DNA from: Batkoa obscura
Lineage: Eukaryota
Reading direction: 5' to 3'
Assembly (NCBI GenBank): GCA_030770535.1
Contig: JASVEC010000019.1
Location: 682,001-746,000, forward strand
Length of the DNA: 64,000 bases
Shown: positions 37,101 through 47,723 of the stretch, one piece after another
Layout of the letters: every line of letters starts with the position of its first letter
Numbering within the stretch: the first letter of the stretch is position 1
Made by a program: the position numbers and the translations under genes
The notes under the pieces: model-generated
What the model saw: the letters and a program-made list of their open reading frames with translations, nothing else
The model's database searches: none
What the model was told of the DNA's origin: nothing

Positions 37101-37980
37101 TCGTGATGCTGCTGCATCTATTTTCTACCTTATTCATCGTAAACCTCATATTGATTCTACTGAAGAAGGTCCAGGGCGTAAAATAACCTCAACCAGCGAA
37201 AAGAATGAATCTCCTATTCGTGGTACTCTTAAGTTTGAAGGTGTACATTTCCATTATCCTACCCGTCCAGGAGCAAAAATTCTAAAAGGTATCGATTTTG
37301 AAGTCCAACCTGGTCAATTTGTTGCTTTAGTTGGACCATCTGGCTGTGGTAAAAGTACATCTATTGGTCTTTTGGAACGCTTTTATGATGTCTCAAGAGG
37401 TAGGGTTATGATTGATGGTGTTGATGTAAGAGATTACCATCTTCCTTCTTTAAGAGATAATATTGCTCTTGTAGGTCAAGAACCTTCACTTTATGATCTT
37501 TCAATTAAAGACAATATTATGTTTGGTGCACGTACATATGGAGCCTTACCAACTATGGATGATGTTATAAATGCAGCTAAATCAGCTAATATTCACGATT
37601 TTATTGTTACCTTACCAAATGGTTATGATACTAAAGTAGGTGGAAAAGGCTCTCAATTATCAGGTGGTCAAAAACAACGTATTGCTATCGCACGTGCTCT
37701 TGTTAGAAACCCATCTATCTTACTTCTAGATGAAGCTACCTCTGCTCTTGATGCTGAATCAGAAAAAGTTGTACAGCAAGCATTGGATAAAGCAGCAAAA
37801 GGCCGTACTACTCTATCGATTGCCCATAGATTATCTACTATTCAGGGTGCTGATGTAATTTTAGTATTAAAGGATGGACACATTGTTGAAAGAGGAAGTC
37901 ATGATGAGCTTTTATCTCAACAAGGAGTCTATTTCGAAATGGTACAACAACAAGTTTTAGACGAACAAAATCAAGATTAA
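34147..37980 (+). CDS. MDR1: Full-length ABCB (MDR/P-glycoprotein) transporter
   Basis: 1277 aa, TMD-NBD-TMD-NBD; Walker A GASGSGKS and GPSGCGKS; LSGGQKQRIAIARA twice; LLLDEATSALD twice; intronless. Confidence 0.97.
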   Translation: MAKSKKQNDKEEKVASVQQLAPVSFGKLYTYATPLDKLLMIIGLITSVGAGAALPATSILFGNMITIMGEFQMGGSPDVFMENISLFATYFVYLGIGVLVCTYIYMACYIYVAERQIHRIREEYLRAVLHQNIAWFDDLGAGEVTTRITSDTNMVQDGIGEKVAIIFQDLATFVSGLVIAFTAEWRLALAVLTIVPVIVITAIVLNKFAGKYTTNGLNFYSAAGTLAEEVFSSIRTAVAFNQQKKLGKMYDDLIMKAEKEGRKKSITIGIGVAIIFFAIYCGYAIAFYYGGELINWGLIGSGKVVNVFFAILLGAFSLSNVPPHFQAVTYARGAGAKLFEAIDRVPPIRSNSKEGEKLSQIVGEIEFKNIRFAYPSRTEVQIFDDYSLKIEPGTTVALVGASGSGKSTTIQLLERFYDPDSGEVHLDGHNIAKLNLKWYRQQLGLVSQEPTLFSGTIADNVAIGLIGTKYEHAPREEQMPLIIEACIKSNANTFITGLPLGYDTQVGERGFLLSGGQKQRIAIARAIVKDPKVLLLDEATSALDTQSEGIVQEALDRASQGRTTIVIAHRLSTIKNADKIVVMERGRVLETGNHNELMARPNGAYRKLVEIQDIRRKKESAEVSEKVPEIDNDATEYVETVVETKDGKTEIVRVATTNSVLSVKSNIEEGVTSEFSNPLSELIMEIIKTNRPETNLILIGTFGSIVLGLIYPFFSIIFASLLDAFNQTGQKLLDDTAYWALMLFIIAIIAGIAQLCSQFGFAISSEKLSARLRMNSFNSILWQEIGWFDRDANSTGSLISALSQDAQDIQGFSGVTFGSILNIVVNLISSMIVGLVFGWKLALVVIACLPLILYSGYLRIAMIRNFQKKNKESYSKSADMACENAAAMRTVASLTKEDQICEQYHHALEEPLRAGYRNAVYSSFVFALSMSCNFYVNALAFWYGGTLMSTGEYNVQTFFTVFMALIMGASGASRVFAYAPDMNKARDAAASIFYLIHRKPHIDSTEEGPGRKITSTSEKNESPIRGTLKFEGVHFHYPTRPGAKILKGIDFEVQPGQFVALVGPSGCGKSTSIGLLERFYDVSRGRVMIDGVDVRDYHLPSLRDNIALVGQEPSLYDLSIKDNIMFGARTYGALPTMDDVINAAKSANIHDFIVTLPNGYDTKVGGKGSQLSGGQKQRIAIARALVRNPSILLLDEATSALDAESEKVVQQALDKAAKGRTTLSIAHRLSTIQGADVILVLKDGHIVERGSHDELLSQQGVYFEMVQQQVLDEQNQD

Positions 37981-39128
37981 AACTAATATTTATCTTCTCA
38001 TAAAATAATTTAATAAAAAAGTATTCTTTTAGAAAAAATTGATATATTTTTATTGCCACTATTTCTTTTTCTAATCATTATTGTCAAATATTAAAACATC
38101 AAAAGACTTGTCCATAGGAGGAGGACCCTATTAAGACAAATTGTATATATTTAATTCAATTAAGTTTTGTAAAGATAAACATAAAGATCAACACTAAAGA
38201 CTTCAGATCCTTGGTTAATAAAATAAGCAAGTTATTACTTGCAACAGAAAAGACTTATATCTAACAACTAACTCGTTAATATATAAAAACATCTTGATGT
38301 TGCAATTCCATATTCTTACCTGTAGTTCTTAACTGAAAAATTGAAGCTATTTATAAAAGCCCCTATAATTTTAAAGTTGAGCAAAATCAGTTAAAAAATT
38401 CTATTTACGATTTGAGTTTTTAAATTACTTCAATATATAAATTATATTTTCTAAAAGCAATTTTTACTTTGGTGTACTTTATGAACTTGGGAATATCACA
38501 TTGTATAGTATCACCTTAGTAACTTATCAAGGGAAAAATAAAAATGAAGTGTAAAAAAAGTGCAAAAAACATAATTTATTATGTATTCTATATAACAAAT
38601 TTAAAAAAATGTATAAAAGATGTATTGTTGTATTATGAAGTATATTACAAGATAAAAACTCTTATATGTTGAGGAATAGATTAAAGAGAAGGTAAATATC
38701 ATTAGTTAAAATAACCGCATATAGATGTACTCTTAGAACTATTTAAGAAAGGTTAGATAAAAATATCTTTGATATTCTATTTTATTAAACATATCAATAT
38801 GTTCTTTACTTTTATGGAATAAATTCGATAAGATAAAATCATGTTTTGGTGTAATAAATAAACGTTAATTGTTAGATAATTTAAATTTTCTAGAGTAATT
38901 AGTATATTTGGATTTCAATAATTAAAATTTAAATATTACATAAATAATCCTTGGCAATGATGAATATTTTGATTTTGTATCTATAGTATAAAAAATCCTT
39001 TAAATATTCTAGTATATAACAAAATAAACACAGTAAACTAAATAAGCAAAATTGATATATTGTTTACGTTTAAAATCGTAATTTTAAAGAATATATCATC
39101 TAATAATGTAATAAATATCTCATTATAT

Positions 39129-39227
39129 GGGGATGTATTTTTGTATTTAAGAATTTTACTAACAATTTTTCCACTCAAACAGCGCTTAAAAGATGGAAAA
39201 AATAATGAAGTCCAAAAAAACACTACC
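39129..39227 (+). mobile_element. MITE family A copy
   Basis: Matches consensus; ATAT flanks. Confidence 0.9.
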
Positions 39228-39310
39228 ATATTCAACATTTGAAATAAGATTTTGGATGAAATTTTTCTATTACTTAAAAATTAAATCACTATCAAACGGT
39301 TACATAAAAT

Positions 39311-39407
39311 GGGGCTGATTTTTGTATTTAAGAATTTTACTAGCAATTCTTCCACTAAAGTAGTGCTTAAAAGGTGGAAAAAGTGATGAAGCCAAAAAAA
39401 CATCCCC
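39311..39407 (+). mobile_element. MITE family A copy
   Basis: Matches consensus; AAAT on both flanks. Confidence 0.9.
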
Positions 39408-39822
39408 AAATGTTATCTCAATTTATAACATACTAGATTTTTGACTCATAACTATTCAAGGAAATTATTAATAATAATTATAGTAGGTTAATAAACTAAT
39501 TATAAATAAAACGAATTACAATCTAGGGTTTAAAGTCTCCGATTTAACGCTTAAGCAAAATTTCTAGTACCTAAAATACCCAGAGTTATTTAATCATATG
39601 ATTGTATTTGATTAATTTATTAGTTTATTAATCTGAAAATTTTTATATAAGCAACATCAAGTTTGTACTTATTTTTACTAGCTACCCTTGACTTAGAATG
39701 TTTTGTTGAGTAATCTCAATTTAAAAATTTAACATTTTAATTAAAATTATAGTTAAAATTTGGTTAAATTTATAGTTGCTATTGAAGACTTGTATTTTAA
39801 AAAAAGTTAATATATAATACAT

Positions 39823-39911
39823 AAGGATGTATTTTTGGGTTCAAGAATTGTACTAGCAATTTTCTACTTAGTGTTTAAAAGAGAAAAGGTGAAGTTAAAA
39901 AAAATACTTTT
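39823..39911 (+). mobile_element. MITE family A copy (degenerate, small deletions)
   Basis: ggatgtatttttgggttcaagaattgtactagcaatttt... Confidence 0.6.
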
Positions 39912-40324
39912 ATATACATAAAGCTTGGATTATACTTTTGAATTTCAATTAAATTATTATTAGTTTTAAAAGTGTATTATGAAAATATAATTTTATTAAA
40001 TATAATTTTACATTTAAACTTTAGCAATTAAAAATGATTTAAAAAATAATCATCAAATTTCATTTTTTTTTCTAATTTTCTATATATTATAATTATAAAA
40101 AGTTTATATACATTTCATTCAACTATTTTGTTTTATTTTAAACTTTTTTATTTTTAGTTGTTTTATTTTAACAACTATAAAAGAAATCCTGTTTTCAATA
40201 ACTTAATTTGATATTATATAATTTTCTACAGTTTTAACTATAGTTTTTTTAATATAAATATATTTGAAATAACCATTGCTTAGATATAGTTTTTTATATT
40301 ATAAGTATTTAAGCTAAAAATATA

Positions 40325-40423
40325 GGAGGGATGTTTTTTTTTCGACTTCATCACTTTTCCCATCTTTTAAGCACTATTTGAGCAGAAATACTGTTAGTAA
40401 AATTTTTAAACAAACACATCCCC
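40325..40423 (-). mobile_element. MITE family A copy
   Basis: Matches consensus. Confidence 0.85.
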
Positions 40424-40447
40424 ATATACTGTCAAAATGTAACATAT

Positions 40448-40544
40448 GGGAGTGTTTTTTTTGACTTCATTATTTTTTCCACTTTTTAGGCGCTATTTGA
40501 GTGGAAAATTTGTTGGTAGAATTCTTAAACAAAAATACATCCCC
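40448..40544 (-). mobile_element. MITE family A copy
   Basis: Matches consensus; ATAT flanks. Confidence 0.9.
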
Positions 40545-41014
40545 ATATAAAATTCTATTTTTTATATAACATTTAATGTTTTAAAAAAATACAAACTACC
40601 TTTTAAATATATTAAATCAATCTAAAAAATTATAATTTTATTTACTTATAAATTTTTTTACTGTGCTCAATTAATACCCTCCTTTGAAATTCCATTTTCA
40701 ACTTTAATTGGATAATATTTCTCCGAAATATAAATCTAAGGATTGATTGGGTCAATTTTTTAAAAAAAATTGAATATTTATACATGATCCGAAAATTTGT
40801 TAATTATAAGTATAGTTATATTAAATTATTATTATGCATATGAAAACTATAACTGACTCTATAAATTTTATTATTAATTTTTATTCTAATAATTTTTTGA
40901 TGTTTAGTACTAAAGATTAATAAATAAGCTGCAATATGCTTATTTTGCTTTTATTTGCAATAATTATTCTGATTTTTTTACTGATATCTGTAAATCCTGT
41001 AAATTTCATTATGA

Positions 41015-42756
41015 TTATATTGATGAATTAGTAGTTGTCAAGACCTTCCTTCTACCTAAGCTGTTACTAATTATTAGTAAGAAAAAAATACACAAAGATA
41101 ACTTACCACTTTCAATGAAAGGCCAAAATTTTAATTCAAGATAGCTATTTAAAATAGGCCAATGTTTCGACAATAGCTTGATTTTTCGTATTAGCTGTTT
41201 ATAGTTTCCATCCTCTTTATCTGACTTCCCATAAATTAGACTTAAACTATATAATGGAAGTACTGATTTATAGTTTGTAATAAAGAATAAATCGGAATGA
41301 AACTGTGAGTACTTGTTACTAAAATAACTATCAATAATATTGTACGTTGATACTAATTTTTCTTTGATTGCTTGGATCGAGGGTAAAGAATAATTACTTA
41401 AGAACTGGTGAATTGATATTTTGTTATTATGCTTCACTCTGTTGATTTTTTTAAATAAAATCAGTGTCAATAAATATTGGTGTTTAAATGCTGTATAGTA
41501 ATAAAGTTTCCCAATAAAGTTTGAATCATTGAATACATTTTCGTCCTTATTCAAAAATTTCGTCTCCCAAGTGATATAGGAATTCATACATTTGTTTATA
41601 AATAATAATATCTTCACACTATCATCCCTTAGTTTGTTGTAGTTACCCCTTTGGCTTTTACACTCTTTTGATAATAAATATATCTTTTGAATTGTTTGGT
41701 TTAATGACAGTTGCGCTACTTTAAATGAGAAAGGAGCAATTGATCCACCCTATAGCAAAATTTAACTTTTAATCTAAATTTAACTTAATATACTTACGAT
41801 ATCTTTAGGATAAAAATACATCATATTAATTTGGTTGTCAGTAATAGTGAGATCACATACAGGGATATCAATCCTTGGTATATTATAATGAAGATTGATT
41901 TGAATGATGTAATTGGTATACAAGCTCCACAATAAATTATAATTTAACATTTTTGAACGAAATGGGTTTACTTCCGTATTTTTTAATATTTTTGATTGTA
42001 ACCCAATGATATGTGATAATCTAAAGATGTAATTAATACAATTCCATTATATTAAAAATAAGATACTTACTTTACTAATCTAACTATGTAAAATGGAATT
42101 AAATATAAAAAAACATTTTAGCATAAGGGAATTTATTATAAAGTTATAGGGTTTACCTTTTGAATAAGATGCTAATTCATATTCACCATAACTTATTTCC
42201 ATATAAAGTATCATAACCCATGCAACGAATGATATCATCGTGACATCACCAGTTTCAAGGATGAGCTTTAATTTTAATTTTTTGTAAAAATAATTTTGAT
42301 TTAGTGTCAATAAGTTAACAGATTTCAAATAGTATGCTAGCTTATAGCCAATCATACAAATGGAATCCCTTAATAATTCTAAATCGTTTGGATTTAAATC
42401 AGACTCAAGTAAATATTCCTCAATAAAAAAATCAATGGAATCTTGGAAATAAAAATATAATTTGGATAAGTAATGTGTAAATTGTTCATAGTCTAAAAAA
42501 CCAATAAGCGTAAATACAAGATATAACATATAAAAGTACCTGTTCCTAAAGGGGACCTTATTAAAGGTATTGTAGTAGCGTTGAAAACCAAACCTAAAAT
42601 TAATTGATGGACTTTACTTGAAGCTATTTTTCGATTTAATTTGAAGTCAATTCGACTTTTTTCTAAACTCAAAAAAGTATCAAACAGTTTTTCAAATTTT
42701 TTAACCTTTGATTTTAAGTTTAGAAATTTAGCACTAAGTTCTCTTTCATCGCTCAT
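41015..42756 (-). CDS. Multi-exon hypothetical protein, possibly a divergent fungal transcription-factor middle-homology-region domain
   Basis: Consecutive ORF pieces separated by short GT-AG intron-like gaps; helical LLRDSICMIG segment. Exon structure and 3' end uncertain. Confidence 0.5.
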
Positions 42757-44303
42757 TTAATATGTTTTTAAAAAGGTGCCTTAAAGAGAATCTTCCTCAT
42801 TTTATACTTTCTGTGGTGGCCAAGAAATCACCCTTATCCATATTTCTCGACATAAATTGATTATCTGGTTTGGTATTTAATATTTATTTTAAACATTACA
42901 AATAGTAAATAGATAAGATCAGCCAATCACTTTGTATTTATTCTTAAAGTGTAGTTGTCATGTTAATATTTTGGAACAATTAAAATAGTGGTAAAAGTTA
43001 TGCGTAATTTTTATACAAATATAGCAAAGACAAACCTACTTAGCATTGGGTACATATCATACAATGTAAAATCCCACTAATTCTAGATAAATCCATTAAA
43101 CATGAAATAGATAGTTTTCTTAGCATCAAGCAACGTATTAAGCCAAAATAGGATCGTTTTACTACCTTTTTTGACTGTTTCTATATAAAACTGCAAAGAA
43201 GTAAACTTTATAACAATATACCGAATATCTGTCGGTAAAATATCCGCAAATCCATAGTGTTTGTATACTTTGTAATACTTAGCTGGATAAACTTTAATTA
43301 TACTCACTTAATTTCATCATTACCTAGTATTTTGAAGAGAATTGATAATTGAACTTTAAAATAGCAATATGATTCAATTTTAGTGTATTTAGGAATTTCA
43401 TCTGATAAATTTCAGACTTATTCTTTATGTAACTTATCCTTAATAAATGCCGTTCTTTGATCGTTTTGTAATTGATGTCATCGTGAAGTCATTTTGGCTC
43501 ATATTGATTGGTTTTTTTTGATATATTACATAATAAAACTATGCACTTAATTTAATTAAAGATTAAAAGTACAGAATTGGTGGGATTCTATCTATAGTGT
43601 GACTATTGGATGGATTTAAATTAACTTTTTAGCTGTAAATTTTAACTTAGATTGATAATCGTTATTTGATCATTAGCATTATGATATTGATTGAGAATAA
43701 AATTTTGCCTAGATATTTTTTTCATGATTGATTAAATAAAAATAAAGTTATGAGCTAGTTTAGTTGGGGTTTCGAAATGAGAAATATATTATTTTGTATA
43801 ATTTAGTCTAGTTAGCTTTTAAAATTACTTATTTATAGTTGAAAGCCTTATCAAATTATCATTTGAATTGCTCTATAATTGCTTCAATATAAAGTATCAG
43901 ACCAGAAATGTTTATAAGAAATGTAAATTTAGACCTTAATATGCTTTAAAATCAATACTCTGGCCTGGGCCAATTTGAATGGGACTCTTTCTTTAAAAGC
44001 ATTAGGTATTCCAATTTACCTTCCATAATAGCTACAGAAAAATCTTATCTGTACTAGTCTAACCACTTTTTTCACTTACTAATATATTTCTCTATCCCTA
44101 TTTTCATGAGTTTTGAGTTTTTGTATCAAAAAACCTAACTTTGTTTATTTTTTTAAAGCTTGAAAATATAAGTTTTAAAAGTTGATTACGAGCACCATGC
44201 CATGGATAAGTTATGCTCGCCAATTTTGTAGAGTAAAATTAAATTATGGCAAACTTTGCAACGTAAATTTATTTGCCTACATAATATTAGTAGTTAAACA
44301 TAT

Positions 44304-44402
44304 GGGGATGTATTTTTGTGTTTAAGAATTTTACTAACAGTTTTTCCGCTCAAATAGTGCTCAAAATATGGAAAAAGTAATGAAACCAAAAAAAACACCC
44401 CC
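44304..44402 (+). mobile_element. MITE family A copy
   Basis: Matches consensus; ATAT flanks. Confidence 0.9.
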
Positions 44403-44532
44403 ATATCTTTTTGGGTTTTATTTCATAGTTTTTTCTATTTAATATAAAGTAAAAAAGGGACAAAAAAGCGAAATCAAAAAAGACATTCTGGATTATTGTT
44501 TATTGGTTCAAAATAATACCATATCATTTTCA

Positions 44533-44727
44533 TTTATGGTTTACGCACCTTTACAAAAAAAGCAATGTGTAATAAAAGTTTTACCATTTGCTTGAAAAAA
44601 CTACACATTCCTATAGGTGTGAAAAATTTAGCCTTAAGTTTATGTAAAATTGGGCAAAGTTTTTTAAGTAAATGGCAAAACTTTTATTGCAAACATTGTT
44701 TTTTTGTAAAGGTGCGTAAACCATAAA
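44533..44727. mobile_element. Second MITE/foldback element with ~70-bp TIRs
   Basis: tttatggtttacgcacctttacaaaaaaa... and ...tttttttgtaaaggtgcgtaaaccataaa; imperfect inverted repeat extends about 70 bp; possible TA target duplication. Confidence 0.8.
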
Positions 44728-45537
44728 CAAAAACAGTGGATTTTATTTATCCTTGATTTTCATATGCATTAATCTGCAACAAGACATTGTCCTGAGCAGA
44801 CCTTCCAACTAAAAATATTGTTGTTATGATTGAAATATAAAAATAATGTTAAATTGAAATCAATTATTAATTAGGAAATTTACACCAAAAATAAAATAGC
44901 GTTAAAACTTAAAGATAGTAATGAAAGAGGATCAAATGAGAAGTCTGATAGTATTTTTAATATGCTATAAAACTAAATAGATATAAGGTTGTAGTTTTAA
45001 TTTAAATATATTAAATGACTCCGAGGTTATTTTTATATTATAATATAGATATTTTTACAATCTAATAGGTGATAAAAAAACTTGAGATTTAGCCTAGCCA
45101 ACCTTTATTTATCATTAAAAGTTATAGTTTATCTACATTTCGAGTTCTTTTTATTGCTTTAGAAATATTAGTCTATACAACACATTCTCCTCAAGTATTG
45201 GGAAGGAAAAACTAGGATATCTCAACTAGCCTAAGTGCCTTTTTCTGATCCTGTTGATCTCCGATCTCATCTTTTTTAAACCTCAAGGGTTTCTTTGGAG
45301 TAAACATTTGGGAATAGGAGATCTGATTAGTTTAAAACACAAATTTATTTAAAGCTAAAATAAGTTTGATTGAGTTAGAAATTATAAAATTAAATTCATT
45401 TTTAATAACATACTTCCAGATTATGATATTAATTAGTGTAAGTTTAGTAAAAATAAAAGCAAAACTTTTGGAAAGGAAATGTTTATTTAAATACCATATT
45501 AAACTATTTGACTTAACTTAAAGCTGTTAAAGGAAGT

Positions 45538-46074
45538 TTAATGAATATGTGGCAGTAAATACGAGCATAATACATTTGTGAGATCGATATAATAATAATT
45601 GGTAAATGTCAACTTTGTGTGTTTAGATAATGCAATTATTTGATCAAGCAAATCTTTTGCACGGATAAGATAAATAGGTAACAAGTGACGTAGATTCAAA
45701 GCTGGTAGATGACATAGAGCTAATAAACAAACAACTAAAAGAGTTAGTTTGTAAATTGGTATTATTGAGTTCTTTTTCAAAAATTTAAGGTCATGCTTAC
45801 ATAACAAGTTAACAATCTCTCCGTTTTTGACTGAATAATAATGGTCAATCAAATGCCTATCTGTATCTAATATTTCATATCCGAAATATTCAAGAGTATT
45901 AATATTGTTTAAATGAACGCTCATTTCACTCACTTTTTTGTGAAGGAAAATAATAGAAGAGTACATATAAATTTTATTATCGACTTCATTATCGACTTCG
46001 TTATCGATTTTGTTTACAATTTCATTTTGCTTTGTAGCACAATTACACATTAAATCAGCTTCTTCAGTTTTCAT
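45538..46074 (-). CDS. Hypothetical protein, orphan family member 3
   Basis: 178-aa ORF; DLKFLKKNSIIPIYKLTLLVVCLLAL...PIYLIRAKDLL...LTFTNYYY. Confidence 0.7.
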   Translation of the reverse strand: MKTEEADLMCNCATKQNEIVNKIDNEVDNEVDNKIYMYSSIIFLHKKVSEMSVHLNNINTLEYFGYEILDTDRHLIDHYYSVKNGEIVNLLCKHDLKFLKKNSIIPIYKLTLLVVCLLALCHLPALNLRHLLPIYLIRAKDLLDQIIALSKHTKLTFTNYYYIDLTNVLCSYLLPHIH

Positions 46075-47111
46075 ATTAATTTTGTCAAAAGAATTGTGCG
46101 ACTCAACTATTTATATACTATTTTTTTACATTTTGTGATATAAAAAATAATAAATTAAGCTTGAACTATGGTTTTTAAAAACAATAGATTTTGCCATTAA
46201 AGTTGGTATTTTTTAAATAAGATTATAATACGGGGGATATGGTAAAAAAACAATCATTTTATATTTTAGTTCTTATGAAATTTTATTGAGAACAGGTAGT
46301 GTTCTAAATTAAACCTTGAGATTATTAACAAATCATTATACTTTCAACTAAACAATTACTCCGTGCTTAAAAAGTATAAATAATCCCCTATTAAGGAAGG
46401 CTCTGTTTTAGATGATACTTTAGTATGTAAATTTACGCTTTATTTAATTTATAAATTTGCGCATATTTTAATAAAGAGATATTTAGATAACATATAGGGT
46501 TTTCTTTCATACATACTAAGGGTGATTTAATGATAAAAATTAGGATTCATAGCAAAAGGAAGCTTAGACTAACGTGATGTAATTCTTTTTTTAAAGATAT
46601 AAGTATTCAACTATCTTTAAGTGTATGTATAATTTTGCATAGCTACTATGCCTTTACTTTGATTTTATCTAAACTCATAGATCAACTACTGATGAGAATC
46701 TTTTGTTCAGCTATCAATTATCAATTATCAGATTCCTTAATTACCATAGGCCTCGTTCATTTTCCTGCTTAAGATATTTTAAATTTTATAGTAGCATCCA
46801 TGACCTAAAGAATAATGTGAAAAGTTGATTTTCTGCACTGAACAACAAATATGGTTATCCTAGCTTCTATAAATATAAAGCATACGATACCTTAAATTAT
46901 CGATCTAACTTTCTATAAATAATCTCAATGCTTCTAACTTACTAAAAAACATCTTAGTTACAAATTTCTTGGAAGTTTTATTGACTCAGACTCAAATTAT
47001 TCGGAATTGATTATTAGTTTTTGTTGGTTCGCACAAAACATCTATACTTTATAAACTGCCAATCTTACTGACTTCATTTCTTTATCAGATTTTGTGACTT
47101 CTTTTATATAT

Positions 47112-47206
47112 GGCGATATGTTTTTTCAAGAATTTTGCTGATAGCTTTTCCACTCAAATGGCGCTTGAAAAATGGAAAAAGTGATGAAATCATAAAAAAC
47201 ATCTTC
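47112..47206 (+). mobile_element. MITE family A copy (diverged)
   Basis: Internal match ttccactcaaatggcgcttgaaaaatggaaaaagtgatgaa. Confidence 0.75.
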
Positions 47207-47723
47207 ATACGTAAAATTATTTATAATAAGTAGTAGAATCTTATCTAAACACTAACTATTGATATTATACTCGTTGATAATATTTTAATAAAAATTCTGT
47301 ACAAATAATTTTGGCTACTTTTATAATTCTTATCATGACTTTAATTGGTTTAAAAATAAGACATCTTCAATCTAATTTACTTCAATTGATATTTAATAAA
47401 TAGCCTTTGAATGTCATATTTAAAAATGAAATAAAATAAAATAAACCATTGGGACATAGACCAGAAGTGCGCTATTAACATTATTGTTTATATAATCTAA
47501 ATAAAATTTTAGCTGCTGCAATTTTAAATAATTTAAAGGCTTTAGTTTGAATACTAACAAGTGAACTCTTTTTTTAATATTTGTATGCATTGTTTAGATA
47601 CTTTATAAACAGTACAAAAATAAACCATAATGTATACAACAAATCTAAGCAAGCAATAAGGATTTATCAGTTAAAAATTTATTTATTTAATAGTTATCAA
47701 AATTAGCGCAATTAAAAGCATGT

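Noticed and set aside
39038..39242. Two short overlapping ORFs
   Set aside because: Both are translations of a MITE copy.
43083..43500. 74-aa ORF and adjacent coding-like sequence
   Set aside because: Non-ATG start, flanking stops and no recognisable family.
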